From positions 1 to 25,202 of IMG/VR virus record IMGVR_UViG_3300033076_000654: DNA of 25,202 bases. One strand, given 5' to 3'. This DNA comes from a virus. Its lineage: Duplodnaviria > Caudoviricetes. Made by a program: the position numbers and the translations under genes. How positions within the stretch are numbered: the first letter of the stretch is position 1; each line of letters opens with the position of its first letter. Below, piece after piece: positions 16,589 to 23,460 of the stretch. A model generated the notes under the pieces. The model searched no databases and was not told where the DNA came from. It saw only the letters and a program-made list of their open reading frames with translations.

Positions 16589-16716
16589 TTTTTCTTCGTT
16601 TTTGGATTTGCTTTCTTTGTTGCGTTGATCGACGCGTTGCAAATTGCAAAAGCCGAAGATTCGGACTTTCCTTGTTTAATAACGGCGGCGACGCAACGAT
16701 CAAGTTTTTTCGGCAT
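16585..16716 (-). CDS. Small basic protein, 43 aa, MPKKLDRCVAAVIKQGKSESSAFAICNASINATKKANPKTKKK; not in the ORF track
   Basis: ATG with an A-rich leader, an upstream TATCTTTG element, and ATGA coupling to the next gene. Confidence 0.8.
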   Translation of the reverse strand: MPKKLDRCVAAVIKQGKSESSAFAICNASINATKKANPKTKKK

Positions 16717-16737
16717 TGTTTGAAATTTTGATTGCTT

Positions 16738-16745
16738 CAAAGATA
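16738..16745 (-). promoter_or_regulatory. TATCTTTG -7 element for the tail module
   Basis: Intergenic TAnnTTTG match 21 nt upstream of ATG 16716, with a TTG 18 nt further upstream. Confidence 0.65.
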
Positions 16746-16762
16746 CGAATTTCTTTCAGCGA

Positions 16763-18037
16763 TCAAGGCTTCAAATATTTGACGAAATCGTTGTGAAACG
16801 TCCAAAGGTAGTAACGCAAACAATCCAGCAAGTGAGTAAGATTCGCGTCTTTTTTCTTGTCAATATTGCCGTCGTCGCTTGTTTCAACGTTCTGCAAGTC
16901 GTGAATCAGAAATTGACAAGACGCGTCGATTTCGAAGTTCGGGTGTTTTTCAAGAATCGAATTCAAAAGGACGCGCGAATTCTTGATCGAAGGATTCACC
17001 GAAGGAACCTTGAACGCCGACTTCGGAAGTTGAAGTTCTTCTTTGATAATAACGTAAAAGTTCAAAGCGCCCTTTGTCATTGCTGAACGATTCGCGCCGG
17101 ACGCGTCACCGGTGACAATGAACAATTGATTGCCGAACGTTTTCTTGATTTCAGCGCAAAGGGCGAAAATATCCGAATTGCGAAGTCTGAATTCCTTCAA
17201 GATCCGAATCTTGTTGTCGAATGATTGTCCAGCAATACAAGTGATCGGATCAACGTTGAAGTCAAAGGACAAAATGATCGGGGCGTTCGGATTGATCTTC
17301 AAGTCCGGCTTGATCGTTTTGATTTTGTTGAATGAATAAGCGAAAGGACGTTCGACGTCCACAACGTCCCAATCGCCAAGAACGAAGATCGCGCGCGTCA
17401 CTTCGTCCAAATTTTCAAGGCTTTCGAGATATTCCGCCGGCAACGTTGGATTGTCCGCCATTGTCGCGCGCAAATAAAAGAACTTTTCCGGAAGTTTTCC
17501 TTCAATATATGGCGTGTGAAAGACTTTCTTTGTCCAAGTCTGCGAAGGGTTGCAAGTGACAAGGATCAGTTTCGGCGGCATAGGATCAATAATATTTCGC
17601 CCGGCGCGAAGAATACATTTGTTGAACGTCTTTTGTTGAAGTTCTTGTCCTTCTTCAAGCAAGAAGAAGTTCGCTTCAAGTCCGTCGAATTGTGTCAAGT
17701 CCTTATCTGAATCGAAGTTTTCCGAAATGAATTGAAGTTCGCTTCCGTTCGTGAACTGAACGATCTTGTCTTGTTGGTTGTATTTTCGAATGAATCCCTT
17801 CGGACAAATTTTGAAGAAGGACTTGATCGACGTCTTCTTCAATCGCGGCAATGATTCACGGACGACAAAGGATCTTGAACCCGGATAAAGCCGCGCAAGC
17901 AAGATTAAGATTGCCATTGATACGAAAGTCTTTCCGCCACCGGCGGCACCGCCAAACATTAAATAATTGAAACGCCCGGAAAGCGTCGCTTCAATAAATT
18001 CAAGTTGTTTCGGGTGCGGTTCGAACGCGATCTTCAT
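16763..18037 (-). CDS. terL: Terminase large subunit, 424 aa
   Basis: Walker A GGAAGGGKT, Walker B FFLLEEGQE, coupling motif VTCNP, and RNase H-like nuclease motifs SFDFNVDP, GDASG and HLLDCLRY. Confidence 0.95.
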   Translation of the reverse strand: MKIAFEPHPKQLEFIEATLSGRFNYLMFGGAAGGGKTFVSMAILILLARLYPGSRSFVVRESLPRLKKTSIKSFFKICPKGFIRKYNQQDKIVQFTNGSELQFISENFDSDKDLTQFDGLEANFFLLEEGQELQQKTFNKCILRAGRNIIDPMPPKLILVTCNPSQTWTKKVFHTPYIEGKLPEKFFYLRATMADNPTLPAEYLESLENLDEVTRAIFVLGDWDVVDVERPFAYSFNKIKTIKPDLKINPNAPIILSFDFNVDPITCIAGQSFDNKIRILKEFRLRNSDIFALCAEIKKTFGNQLFIVTGDASGANRSAMTKGALNFYVIIKEELQLPKSAFKVPSVNPSIKNSRVLLNSILEKHPNFEIDASCQFLIHDLQNVETSDDGNIDKKKDANLTHLLDCLRYYLWTFHNDFVKYLKP

Positions 18038-18279
18038 TTGAACTTCTTTTCAAGAAAGTTGAATTCGTGCTTCTTGTTGACAAAGAATTGAAGCGTTTCG
18101 TTCCATTCCGCAAGCGATTGTCTTTCGTCGCTGGACAAAGTTCTTGACAAGATTTCAAATTCGACTTCGGAAACTTTGTTGCGAAGCCATTGTTCAACCT
18201 TTGCTTTTGTCTTCAAACAACAAAAAAGTTGTTCGATCAAAAGTTCTTTTTCAAGGTCTGAAAGTGTGACGTTGTTCAT
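18034..18279 (-). CDS. Hypothetical protein, 81 aa
   Basis: AAC-rich leader; ATGA overlap with terL. Confidence 0.75.
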   Translation of the reverse strand: MNNVTLSDLEKELLIEQLFCCLKTKAKVEQWLRNKVSEVEFEILSRTLSSDERQSLAEWNETLQFFVNKKHEFNFLEKKFK

Positions 18280-18300
18280 TGTGTTTGTTGTTTGTTGTGT

Positions 18301-18507
18301 TTAATTCATTCCGATTCGATAATATAATTCTTCAAGGACGTCAACAAAGAATTCGACGTTTTCACCTTCAAGATTTTCGCCGTTGCTGAAAGTAAAGTCT
18401 TCGTTCAACTGATCAATCTTCTTGACGCAAAATTGAATCGCTTCTTCGATTCCGCCTTTGTCTTCGATCAATTCGTTGACGTATTCAAAGAATTCTTCGT
18501 TTGTCAT
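18301..18507 (-). CDS. Hypothetical highly acidic protein, 68 aa
   Basis: ATG abuts the terS stop; 18 D/E versus 4 K/R. Confidence 0.75.
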   Translation of the reverse strand: MTNEEFFEYVNELIEDKGGIEEAIQFCVKKIDQLNEDFTFSNGENLEGENVEFFVDVLEELYYRIGMN

Positions 18508-19035
18508 TTATTTGAATTTTATTATCTGATCCCCAATTTTGAAGATTTGTTCTTCACCGGAAAGATCAATTGCGTTTTGATCGTTCCAATTTGCCGGATC
18601 AACGTTCTTCAAGGCGAAGATTATTGCCGTCGTCGAAGGGTTGATAAACTTCTTTCGTTTCGTTCTGATCGTTGACGTTTTGACGCCGCCGGCGTTGAAT
18701 CGTTCGATCGTTTCTTCTTCTTCAACGAAGAAGCCCGAAATCGCCTTTTCAAGTGCGCTTGTTGCCTTTTCTCGAAGTCCTTCTTTGCCGATTTTTGCGT
18801 TTGCGTCTTTCGCCTTTTTGAATAGTTCGGCAAAGTCGGCATTGTCACGGCACCAATTGCGAAAGGTTCGGATTGCAATTCCGACTTCTTCGCAACAACT
18901 TTCGATCGTCACGTTTTCCAGCGAATAGAGTTCGCAAATTTTTTCAACCTTCGTCCGGCGTTCTTGTTCCGGATCAATCTTCTTTTTTGTTTTCGTCGAT
19001 TTCGGCTTCGACGACAAGCCCTTTTTTTTGATCAT
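18508..19035 (-). CDS. terS: Terminase small subunit
   Basis: HTH (TIESCCEEVGIAIRTFRNWCRDNADFAELFKKAK), helical oligomerisation region and PSTTAIIFALKN motif; upstream of terL. ATG 19035 is preferred over TTG 19065. Confidence 0.85.
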   Translation of the reverse strand: MIKKKGLSSKPKSTKTKKKIDPEQERRTKVEKICELYSLENVTIESCCEEVGIAIRTFRNWCRDNADFAELFKKAKDANAKIGKEGLREKATSALEKAISGFFVEEEETIERFNAGGVKTSTIRTKRKKFINPSTTAIIFALKNVDPANWNDQNAIDLSGEEQIFKIGDQIIKFK

Positions 19036-19106
19036 TGATTCGCAAGTTTTCGGTTGTTGCTTCAACCCGGTTCCGTTGTTGTTGTTCTTGCGGATCGTTG
19101 TTCAAA

Positions 19107-19385
19107 TCATTTTTTGAAGAACTTGTCGCGGATCACAATTGTTTTTCCGATCTGCGATCCTTTAACCCAATTCAATTGATTGATCTTTTGCTTTGCCGTT
19201 TCCGGTTCGCCGTGACGCGAAAGAAAAGAATTCACTTGTTCTTTTGTCTTTCCGCCCTTTTTGCCCCATTCGTTGCGGCTTGAATCTTGTCCGCCTTGAA
19301 TGATTCTTTTTTCGCCGTCAACGATACATTCGGCTTTCCAAGCCTTGCCCTTTGCGGTTGCGTTTGTGATCTTACATTTTGCCAT
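19107..19385 (-). CDS. Small basic hypothetical protein, 92 aa
   Basis: ATG start and tight packing; K-rich, with an SFLSRH motif. Confidence 0.75.
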   Translation of the reverse strand: MAKCKITNATAKGKAWKAECIVDGEKRIIQGGQDSSRNEWGKKGGKTKEQVNSFLSRHGEPETAKQKINQLNWVKGSQIGKTIVIRDKFFKK

Positions 19386-19388
19386 TGA

Positions 19389-19682
19389 TCAAGAATTTTG
19401 AATTTGTTCTTCGGGCTGAACTGAAAGTCCAGCACCGGCGGAAAGGTATTTGATGAAGGCGTAAGAATCCGGCTTCAATTTGTGACTTTTATTCAAAGCC
19501 CAATTGTTGCAAAAGGCGATCCAAATATTGTTGAAACGTTGATATATCTTGCCGTCTTGAAGAATCGGATTGTCGACTTCGATCGACTGAATTGTTTCTT
19601 CGTAAGATTTGACAAGTTGCCAAAATTCAACTTGAATTTTTGCCGTTTCGCGGCTTGCTTCGCGTTTGATTCTTCGATTCAT
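19389..19682 (-). CDS. Hypothetical protein, 97 aa
   Basis: TAATG overlap with the upstream gene. Confidence 0.75.
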   Translation of the reverse strand: MNRRIKREASRETAKIQVEFWQLVKSYEETIQSIEVDNPILQDGKIYQRFNNIWIAFCNNWALNKSHKLKPDSYAFIKYLSAGAGLSVQPEEQIQNS

Positions 19683-19870
19683 TATTGCGAATTTAAGAAA
19701 TTAAAAAACACAACGATTGAATCTTTGATCATTTGCCTTTCAATTTCAAGATCATTGAAGGATTGTTGAAAGGCTTCAAGCGAAACGTTCGGATTTGTTG
19801 CAAGATCGTTTTGAAGATCATTGATTGATCGATCGATTGCTTCTTGCGCGGCTTTGATTTCTTCGTTCAT
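19682..19870 (-). CDS. Hypothetical coiled-coil protein, 62 aa
   Basis: ATG 19870 is separated by 1 nt from the upstream stop and is preferred over the longer non-ATG start in the track. Confidence 0.7.
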   Translation of the reverse strand: MNEEIKAAQEAIDRSINDLQNDLATNPNVSLEAFQQSFNDLEIERQMIKDSIVVFFNFLNSQ

Positions 19871-19871
19871 A

Positions 19872-20273
19872 TCAAAAAAGTTCTTGTTGAATTGCGACTT
19901 TGTTCTTTTGGATCCGCAAAAAAGCAAGGTGTTGTTCTGCAATTTCACGGCTTGCGCGAATAATGTTTTCGCGTTGTTTCATTGATTCGATCCAATCTTG
20001 AATATCTTCTTCGGCTTCGGCGTAAAAATAGCCCTTTGACGTTCCGACAAGTCCGGGAAGGATATTGTTCAAGCGAATGAATTGAATGATCTTGCGGATT
20101 CGCGGTTCAGTCAATTCGACGCCGAAATGATTCCGGATCCCGGCGATCATTTTCGCATTTGTGACAATGTTTTCTTTGCCCGGACGATCCTTGAATCGTT
20201 TGACAATTATCGGAACAAGTGCTTCTTCGTCGCTGGATATATTCGACGTTATTTCTTCAAAGTTTCTGATCAT
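19872..20273 (-). CDS. Winged-helix DNA-binding protein, 133 aa
   Basis: EPRIRKIIQFIRLNNILPGLVGTSKGYFYA fits a recognition helix plus a wing ending in GY. Confidence 0.7.
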   Translation of the reverse strand: MIRNFEEITSNISSDEEALVPIIVKRFKDRPGKENIVTNAKMIAGIRNHFGVELTEPRIRKIIQFIRLNNILPGLVGTSKGYFYAEAEEDIQDWIESMKQRENIIRASREIAEQHLAFLRIQKNKVAIQQELF

Positions 20274-20434
20274 TTCGGTTGTTGTTGAAGTTCATTGATT
20301 TTGATTTGAATTTGATCGCGGCGTTCTTCTTGCGATCTGATTTGCCTTTCAAGCATTGCAACAAGCGAACGTTGTTGCGCAATTTGTTTTTCAATGAAAA
20401 CAAGGTTGCTTTGAAGATCTGAAATCTTTTTCAT
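20270..20434 (-). CDS. Small coiled-coil protein, 54 aa (MKKISDLQSNLVFIEKQIAQQRSLVAMLERQIRSQEERRDQIQIKINELQQQPK); not in the ORF track
   Basis: ATGA overlaps at both ends; fills the gap exactly. Confidence 0.85.
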   Translation of the reverse strand: MKKISDLQSNLVFIEKQIAQQRSLVAMLERQIRSQEERRDQIQIKINELQQQPK

Positions 20435-20727
20435 TGTTGTCTTTGTTGGCGTTCTTTGATTTTTTCAGAAACAAGCGATTCGAAACGGCTGAATTCTGAA
20501 TCTTGACGTCGAAGTTTTTCAAATTTTCGCTTTTTGATTTCTTCGAGAATCATTCCGAAAATGTATTGCAACGATCCGATCGTTCCGGAAAATACGAAGA
20601 TCACTTTGAAAATATAGATTATCAAAGTCAAGATTGAAAGCAAGATCACAACGGCAAGCGTAAGCGGTGCCGTCCAAAGAATCGAAATTTTTTCGATTGC
20701 TGAAAGGTTGTTGAAGTTCTTTTTCAT
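20431..20727 (-). CDS. Putative membrane protein, 98 aa
   Basis: ATG 20727 with an A/C-rich leader; long hydrophobic stretch followed by a basic, charged tail. Confidence 0.7.
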   Translation of the reverse strand: MKKNFNNLSAIEKISILWTAPLTLAVVILLSILTLIIYIFKVIFVFSGTIGSLQYIFGMILEEIKKRKFEKLRRQDSEFSRFESLVSEKIKERQQRQQ

Positions 20728-20754
20728 TGTTTGAAGTGTTTGTTGCGAATATCG

Positions 20755-20796
20755 AAAGAAGTCCGGGTTCCCGGTCAAAAGATCCCGAACTTCTTT
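20755..20796 (-). terminator. Hairpin downstream of ssb (stabiliser or weak terminator)
   Basis: mRNA AAAGAAGUUCGGG pairs with CCCGGACUUCUUU (13 bp, one G-U). Confidence 0.6.
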
Positions 20797-20810
20797 TCAA
20801 CTTTTTTTTG

Positions 20811-21212
20811 TTAGAACGGCAAGTCGTCGTCGGCTGTTTCAGTTGAAGCCGGAACCGGCGCTTGTTGCTGCACGTTTTCGGCGTTGGCTTCTTTCATTGA
20901 AGAAACGATTTCGACGCGTTCGACGCGAACTTTGATCGACGTTCTTTCGATTCCGTCTTTGTCCGTGTATTTTTCGACGTTCAATTCACCTTCGACAAAA
21001 AGTTTCATTCCTTTCTTGATAAACTTTTCGGCGAATTCCGCGCCCTTGTTCCAAGATTCGCAATTGAACCAAGTTGTTTGATCAATTGGGGCGCCGTTGG
21101 CGTCCTTCTTGCGTTTGTTCACGGCGATTGAATAGTTCGCGACGTTGGCGCCTTGCGCCGTTCTGATTGCTGGATCTTGTCCAACGTTTCCGATCAAAAT
21201 GATTTTGTTCAT
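20811..21212 (-). CDS. ssb: Single-stranded DNA-binding protein, 133 aa
   Basis: MNKIILIGNVGQDP, TTWFNCESW, KKGMKLFVEGEL and an acidic DDDLPF C-terminus. Confidence 0.97.
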   Translation of the reverse strand: MNKIILIGNVGQDPAIRTAQGANVANYSIAVNKRKKDANGAPIDQTTWFNCESWNKGAEFAEKFIKKGMKLFVEGELNVEKYTDKDGIERTSIKVRVERVEIVSSMKEANAENVQQQAPVPASTETADDDLPF

Positions 21213-21223
21213 TGTTGTTGTTT

Positions 21224-21475
21224 TTAGGGTTTGATAATTTTTAGCGGCATTTTGTCCGTAATGATCCCGGACGATTTCAAGACAAGTTGATGAAGTTCAA
21301 GCCATTCTTTGAAGGTCAATCCTTCGGGGTGCTTTGCGGATTTCAAAAGTTTGCCTTCTTCGTTCTTCATTGGGTTGCCGTCGGCGTCGTTTTCTTGAAA
21401 GAATTCACATTCGTTGAAGTACATATTCTTTAAGATAAAAACCACCGCCGCCGGAAAGTTGATTGTTTCGTTCAT
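21224..21475 (-). CDS. Hypothetical protein, 83 aa
   Basis: ATG 2 nt after the upstream stop; typical codon use. Confidence 0.75.
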   Translation of the reverse strand: MNETINFPAAVVFILKNMYFNECEFFQENDADGNPMKNEEGKLLKSAKHPEGLTFKEWLELHQLVLKSSGIITDKMPLKIIKP

Positions 21476-21477
21476 TT

Positions 21478-22356
21478 TTATTCGTATTGATTTGACTTGA
21501 TTGATTCAATTGTTTTTCGAAGATCCGTTCCGTTTTGGATCAACTGATCGTAAAATTCGCGAACTGCGATTTCGAAACAAATCTTTCGGATTTCGTGTTC
21601 AAAGGCGTTGTCGAATCCTTGTTCAAAAACCTTTTGCGCGATCTTGCGCAAGTCGCGCGCTTCTTCGACTGAACTTGCCTTCTTTTTTTGAAAGCGTTCT
21701 TTTTGGATCCGGACGGCGCGCTTTCTGATCTCGAACTTTTCTTTGTTTTCGATTGTCAAAAGTTGAAGTCGATTTTCAAGGACTTTGAAGATCGGTTCAA
21801 ATCCGGTGAACGTTCCTTCAAAGATCTTTTGATCCCGGTATTTTTCGAATTTCTGAACGATAAACATTTCGACGAATCCCCAAAAGTCGCGCGCTTGTTC
21901 TTCTTTCGAAGGTTCCGCCGGCTTCAATTGCGTCTTGTCAATCTTGCGACTGAATTCGATCATTGCTTTCGCGCGGTGTGATTTGTAAGCGTTGAAAACG
22001 TTTGCAAGGTAAAGCGCCGAAAAGTTTTGAAAGTGATTGATTTCAACTTGAAGTTCCCCAGCAACGGCAAGTCGAAAAGCGATCCGGATTTCTTCGGGTG
22101 AATAATCTTTCATATCACTTTGAATGAATTCAATCAAGACGGCTTTTTGAAGTTCAGAAGGGAAGTTTTCCGGCTTCAATCCGATCAAAGCGAAAACATA
22201 GCGAAGCGATTGTCGGATCGGTTCGTCGGTGTCAAGGTTGCGAATCTTTGTATCAAGCGCCGCTTGAACAATTTCGCGTCCGCTAAAAGTTGCGAACTGA
22301 ATCGTCGAAAGAAGGCTTTCCGCCCGGACGATTTGATTGTTGTTGTTGTTGATCAT
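21478..22356 (-). CDS. Replication accessory protein (putative helicase loader, lambda P position), 292 aa
   Basis: Overlaps the 3' end of the initiator gene; helical; no Walker A motif. Function is inferred from synteny only. Confidence 0.5.
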   Translation of the reverse strand: MINNNNNQIVRAESLLSTIQFATFSGREIVQAALDTKIRNLDTDEPIRQSLRYVFALIGLKPENFPSELQKAVLIEFIQSDMKDYSPEEIRIAFRLAVAGELQVEINHFQNFSALYLANVFNAYKSHRAKAMIEFSRKIDKTQLKPAEPSKEEQARDFWGFVEMFIVQKFEKYRDQKIFEGTFTGFEPIFKVLENRLQLLTIENKEKFEIRKRAVRIQKERFQKKKASSVEEARDLRKIAQKVFEQGFDNAFEHEIRKICFEIAVREFYDQLIQNGTDLRKTIESIKSNQYE

Positions 22357-23089
22357 TTTTTCTTCTTTTTATCCAATTGTTGCAAGTTAAAAAAACCGAC
22401 GTGTATTTCTTCGTCAAAGTTTTGAAGTTTTCCATTTGAAGAAGTATTTCTTCGACGGCTTGTTTTGATCCGGCTTCGGCGATCAGTTTTTCGGCTTGAT
22501 CGAAAGTCAATTGATTTGACAATTTCGCAACCGAAGGACAATTCTTCTGAATGAAATTCTTCAATTCAAATTCAACGCAATCGCTTAAAACAATACTTGT
22601 ATTGTTTTCTTTTGTAATTGTATTTGAATATGTAATTGAAGGGGTTGTCTTTTGCTTGTCCTTTTGGTTAACCTTATTTTTAACCAAATCAACCGGCTTT
22701 TCTTTCAAGTTAGGATTGCCGCCCAATTTGCCAAATTCGCGCCGCATTTGACGAAGCGCTTCGTCTTGAATCATTCGCTTTGAAAAAAAACGTCCTTTTT
22801 CGTCTTGTTTTAGGATCCCGAAATCGGTCAATTCTTCGAAGACTTTCGTGAACCTTTTCGGACTAATTCCGGACAACTTTTGAATCCCTTTTTTGTCCAA
22901 AATTTGCGATCCGATTGTCAAATATCCCGGTTCGCTGGATAAAAACATAAGACAAAGAAGATCGATCCAAACGCCGCGCGTTTCGGCTGAACAAAGACGA
23001 AGCGACGGATCCGTCAACCAATCCGACGCGTAAAAAAGAAACGCCGGCGCCTTTGTTCGTGAAGTTTTTTTCAAGTTGTTGTTGTTCAT
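22283..23089 (-). CDS. Phage replication initiator (YdaU/DUF1376-like N-terminal domain), 268 aa
   Basis: PAFLFYASDWLTD...RGVWIDLLCLM...FFSKRM...GKLGGNP N-terminal domain, low-complexity linker and a C-terminal domain ending TCNNWIKR. Confidence 0.8.
   Translation of the reverse strand: MNNNNLKKTSRTKAPAFLFYASDWLTDPSLRLCSAETRGVWIDLLCLMFLSSEPGYLTIGSQILDKKGIQKLSGISPKRFTKVFEELTDFGILKQDEKGRFFSKRMIQDEALRQMRREFGKLGGNPNLKEKPVDLVKNKVNQKDKQKTTPSITYSNTITKENNTSIVLSDCVEFELKNFIQKNCPSVAKLSNQLTFDQAEKLIAEAGSKQAVEEILLQMENFKTLTKKYTSVFLTCNNWIKRRKNDQQQQQSNRPGGKPSFDDSVRNF
22590..22697. repeat. Putative replication origin inside the initiator gene: degenerate 12-bp repeats plus an AT-rich tract
   Basis: Minus strand GGTTAAAAATAA GGTTAACCAAAA GGACAAGCAAAA GACAA, an inverted pair TTTGGTTAA/TTAACCAAA (22663-22688), then an AT-rich 6-nt periodic tract TCAATT ACATAT TCAAAT ACAATT ACAAAA. 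Confidence 0.6.
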
Positions 23090-23460
23090 TTGTTGCAGCG
23101 ATTAAGCAAGTTTTGAAAGCGTTGATCGCGCTTCTTGCGTCGTCCGTTGATCACGTTCGAAACAAAGGTCAAAGAAAACTTCGGATTCTTTTCGCAAAAG
23201 TTTTTCATTGATTTGAACTTCGAAATCAACATAATTCGAACAAATTCGCGTTCTTCGTCCTTGATAAGTTTTTCATTGCTGGCTTCAACTGAATTCAACT
23301 TGATCTTGATTTGATCGATCAGATCCGGCGTTTTGTCCTTTGAAATTCGTCCGTTCAAAACGTTGATCGTCGCCCAATAAGAAAGCCCGGACAACTTGCA
23401 AAACTGATCAACTGATCCGAATTTGTCTTTGATTGCTTTCTTCAATTTACTTTGTTTCAT
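23086..23460 (-). CDS. Tandem Cro/XRE-like HTH regulator, 124 aa
   Basis: Two homologous units: KFGSVDQFC...INVLNGR and KFKSMKNFC...SNVINGR. ATG 23460 is preferred over TTG 23478. Confidence 0.7.
   Translation of the reverse strand: MKQSKLKKAIKDKFGSVDQFCKLSGLSYWATINVLNGRISKDKTPDLIDQIKIKLNSVEASNEKLIKDEEREFVRIMLISKFKSMKNFCEKNPKFSLTFVSNVINGRRKKRDQRFQNLLNRCNK

Noticed and set aside
17640-17670. TerL Walker B reads LLEE instead of the usual hhDE
   Set aside because: A conservative variant with the catalytic Glu retained and all other motifs intact; not evidence of inactivation.
20431-20727. Holin call for the membrane protein
   Set aside because: It lies in the replication region with no endolysin or spanin in the window.
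99-20770. GAACCCGG shared by three intergenic hairpins (99-106/119-126, 1307-1314, 20763-20770)
   Set aside because: The same word also occurs in coding DNA (near 6627, 8303 and 17877) and CCGG is generally abundant, so specificity is unsupported.
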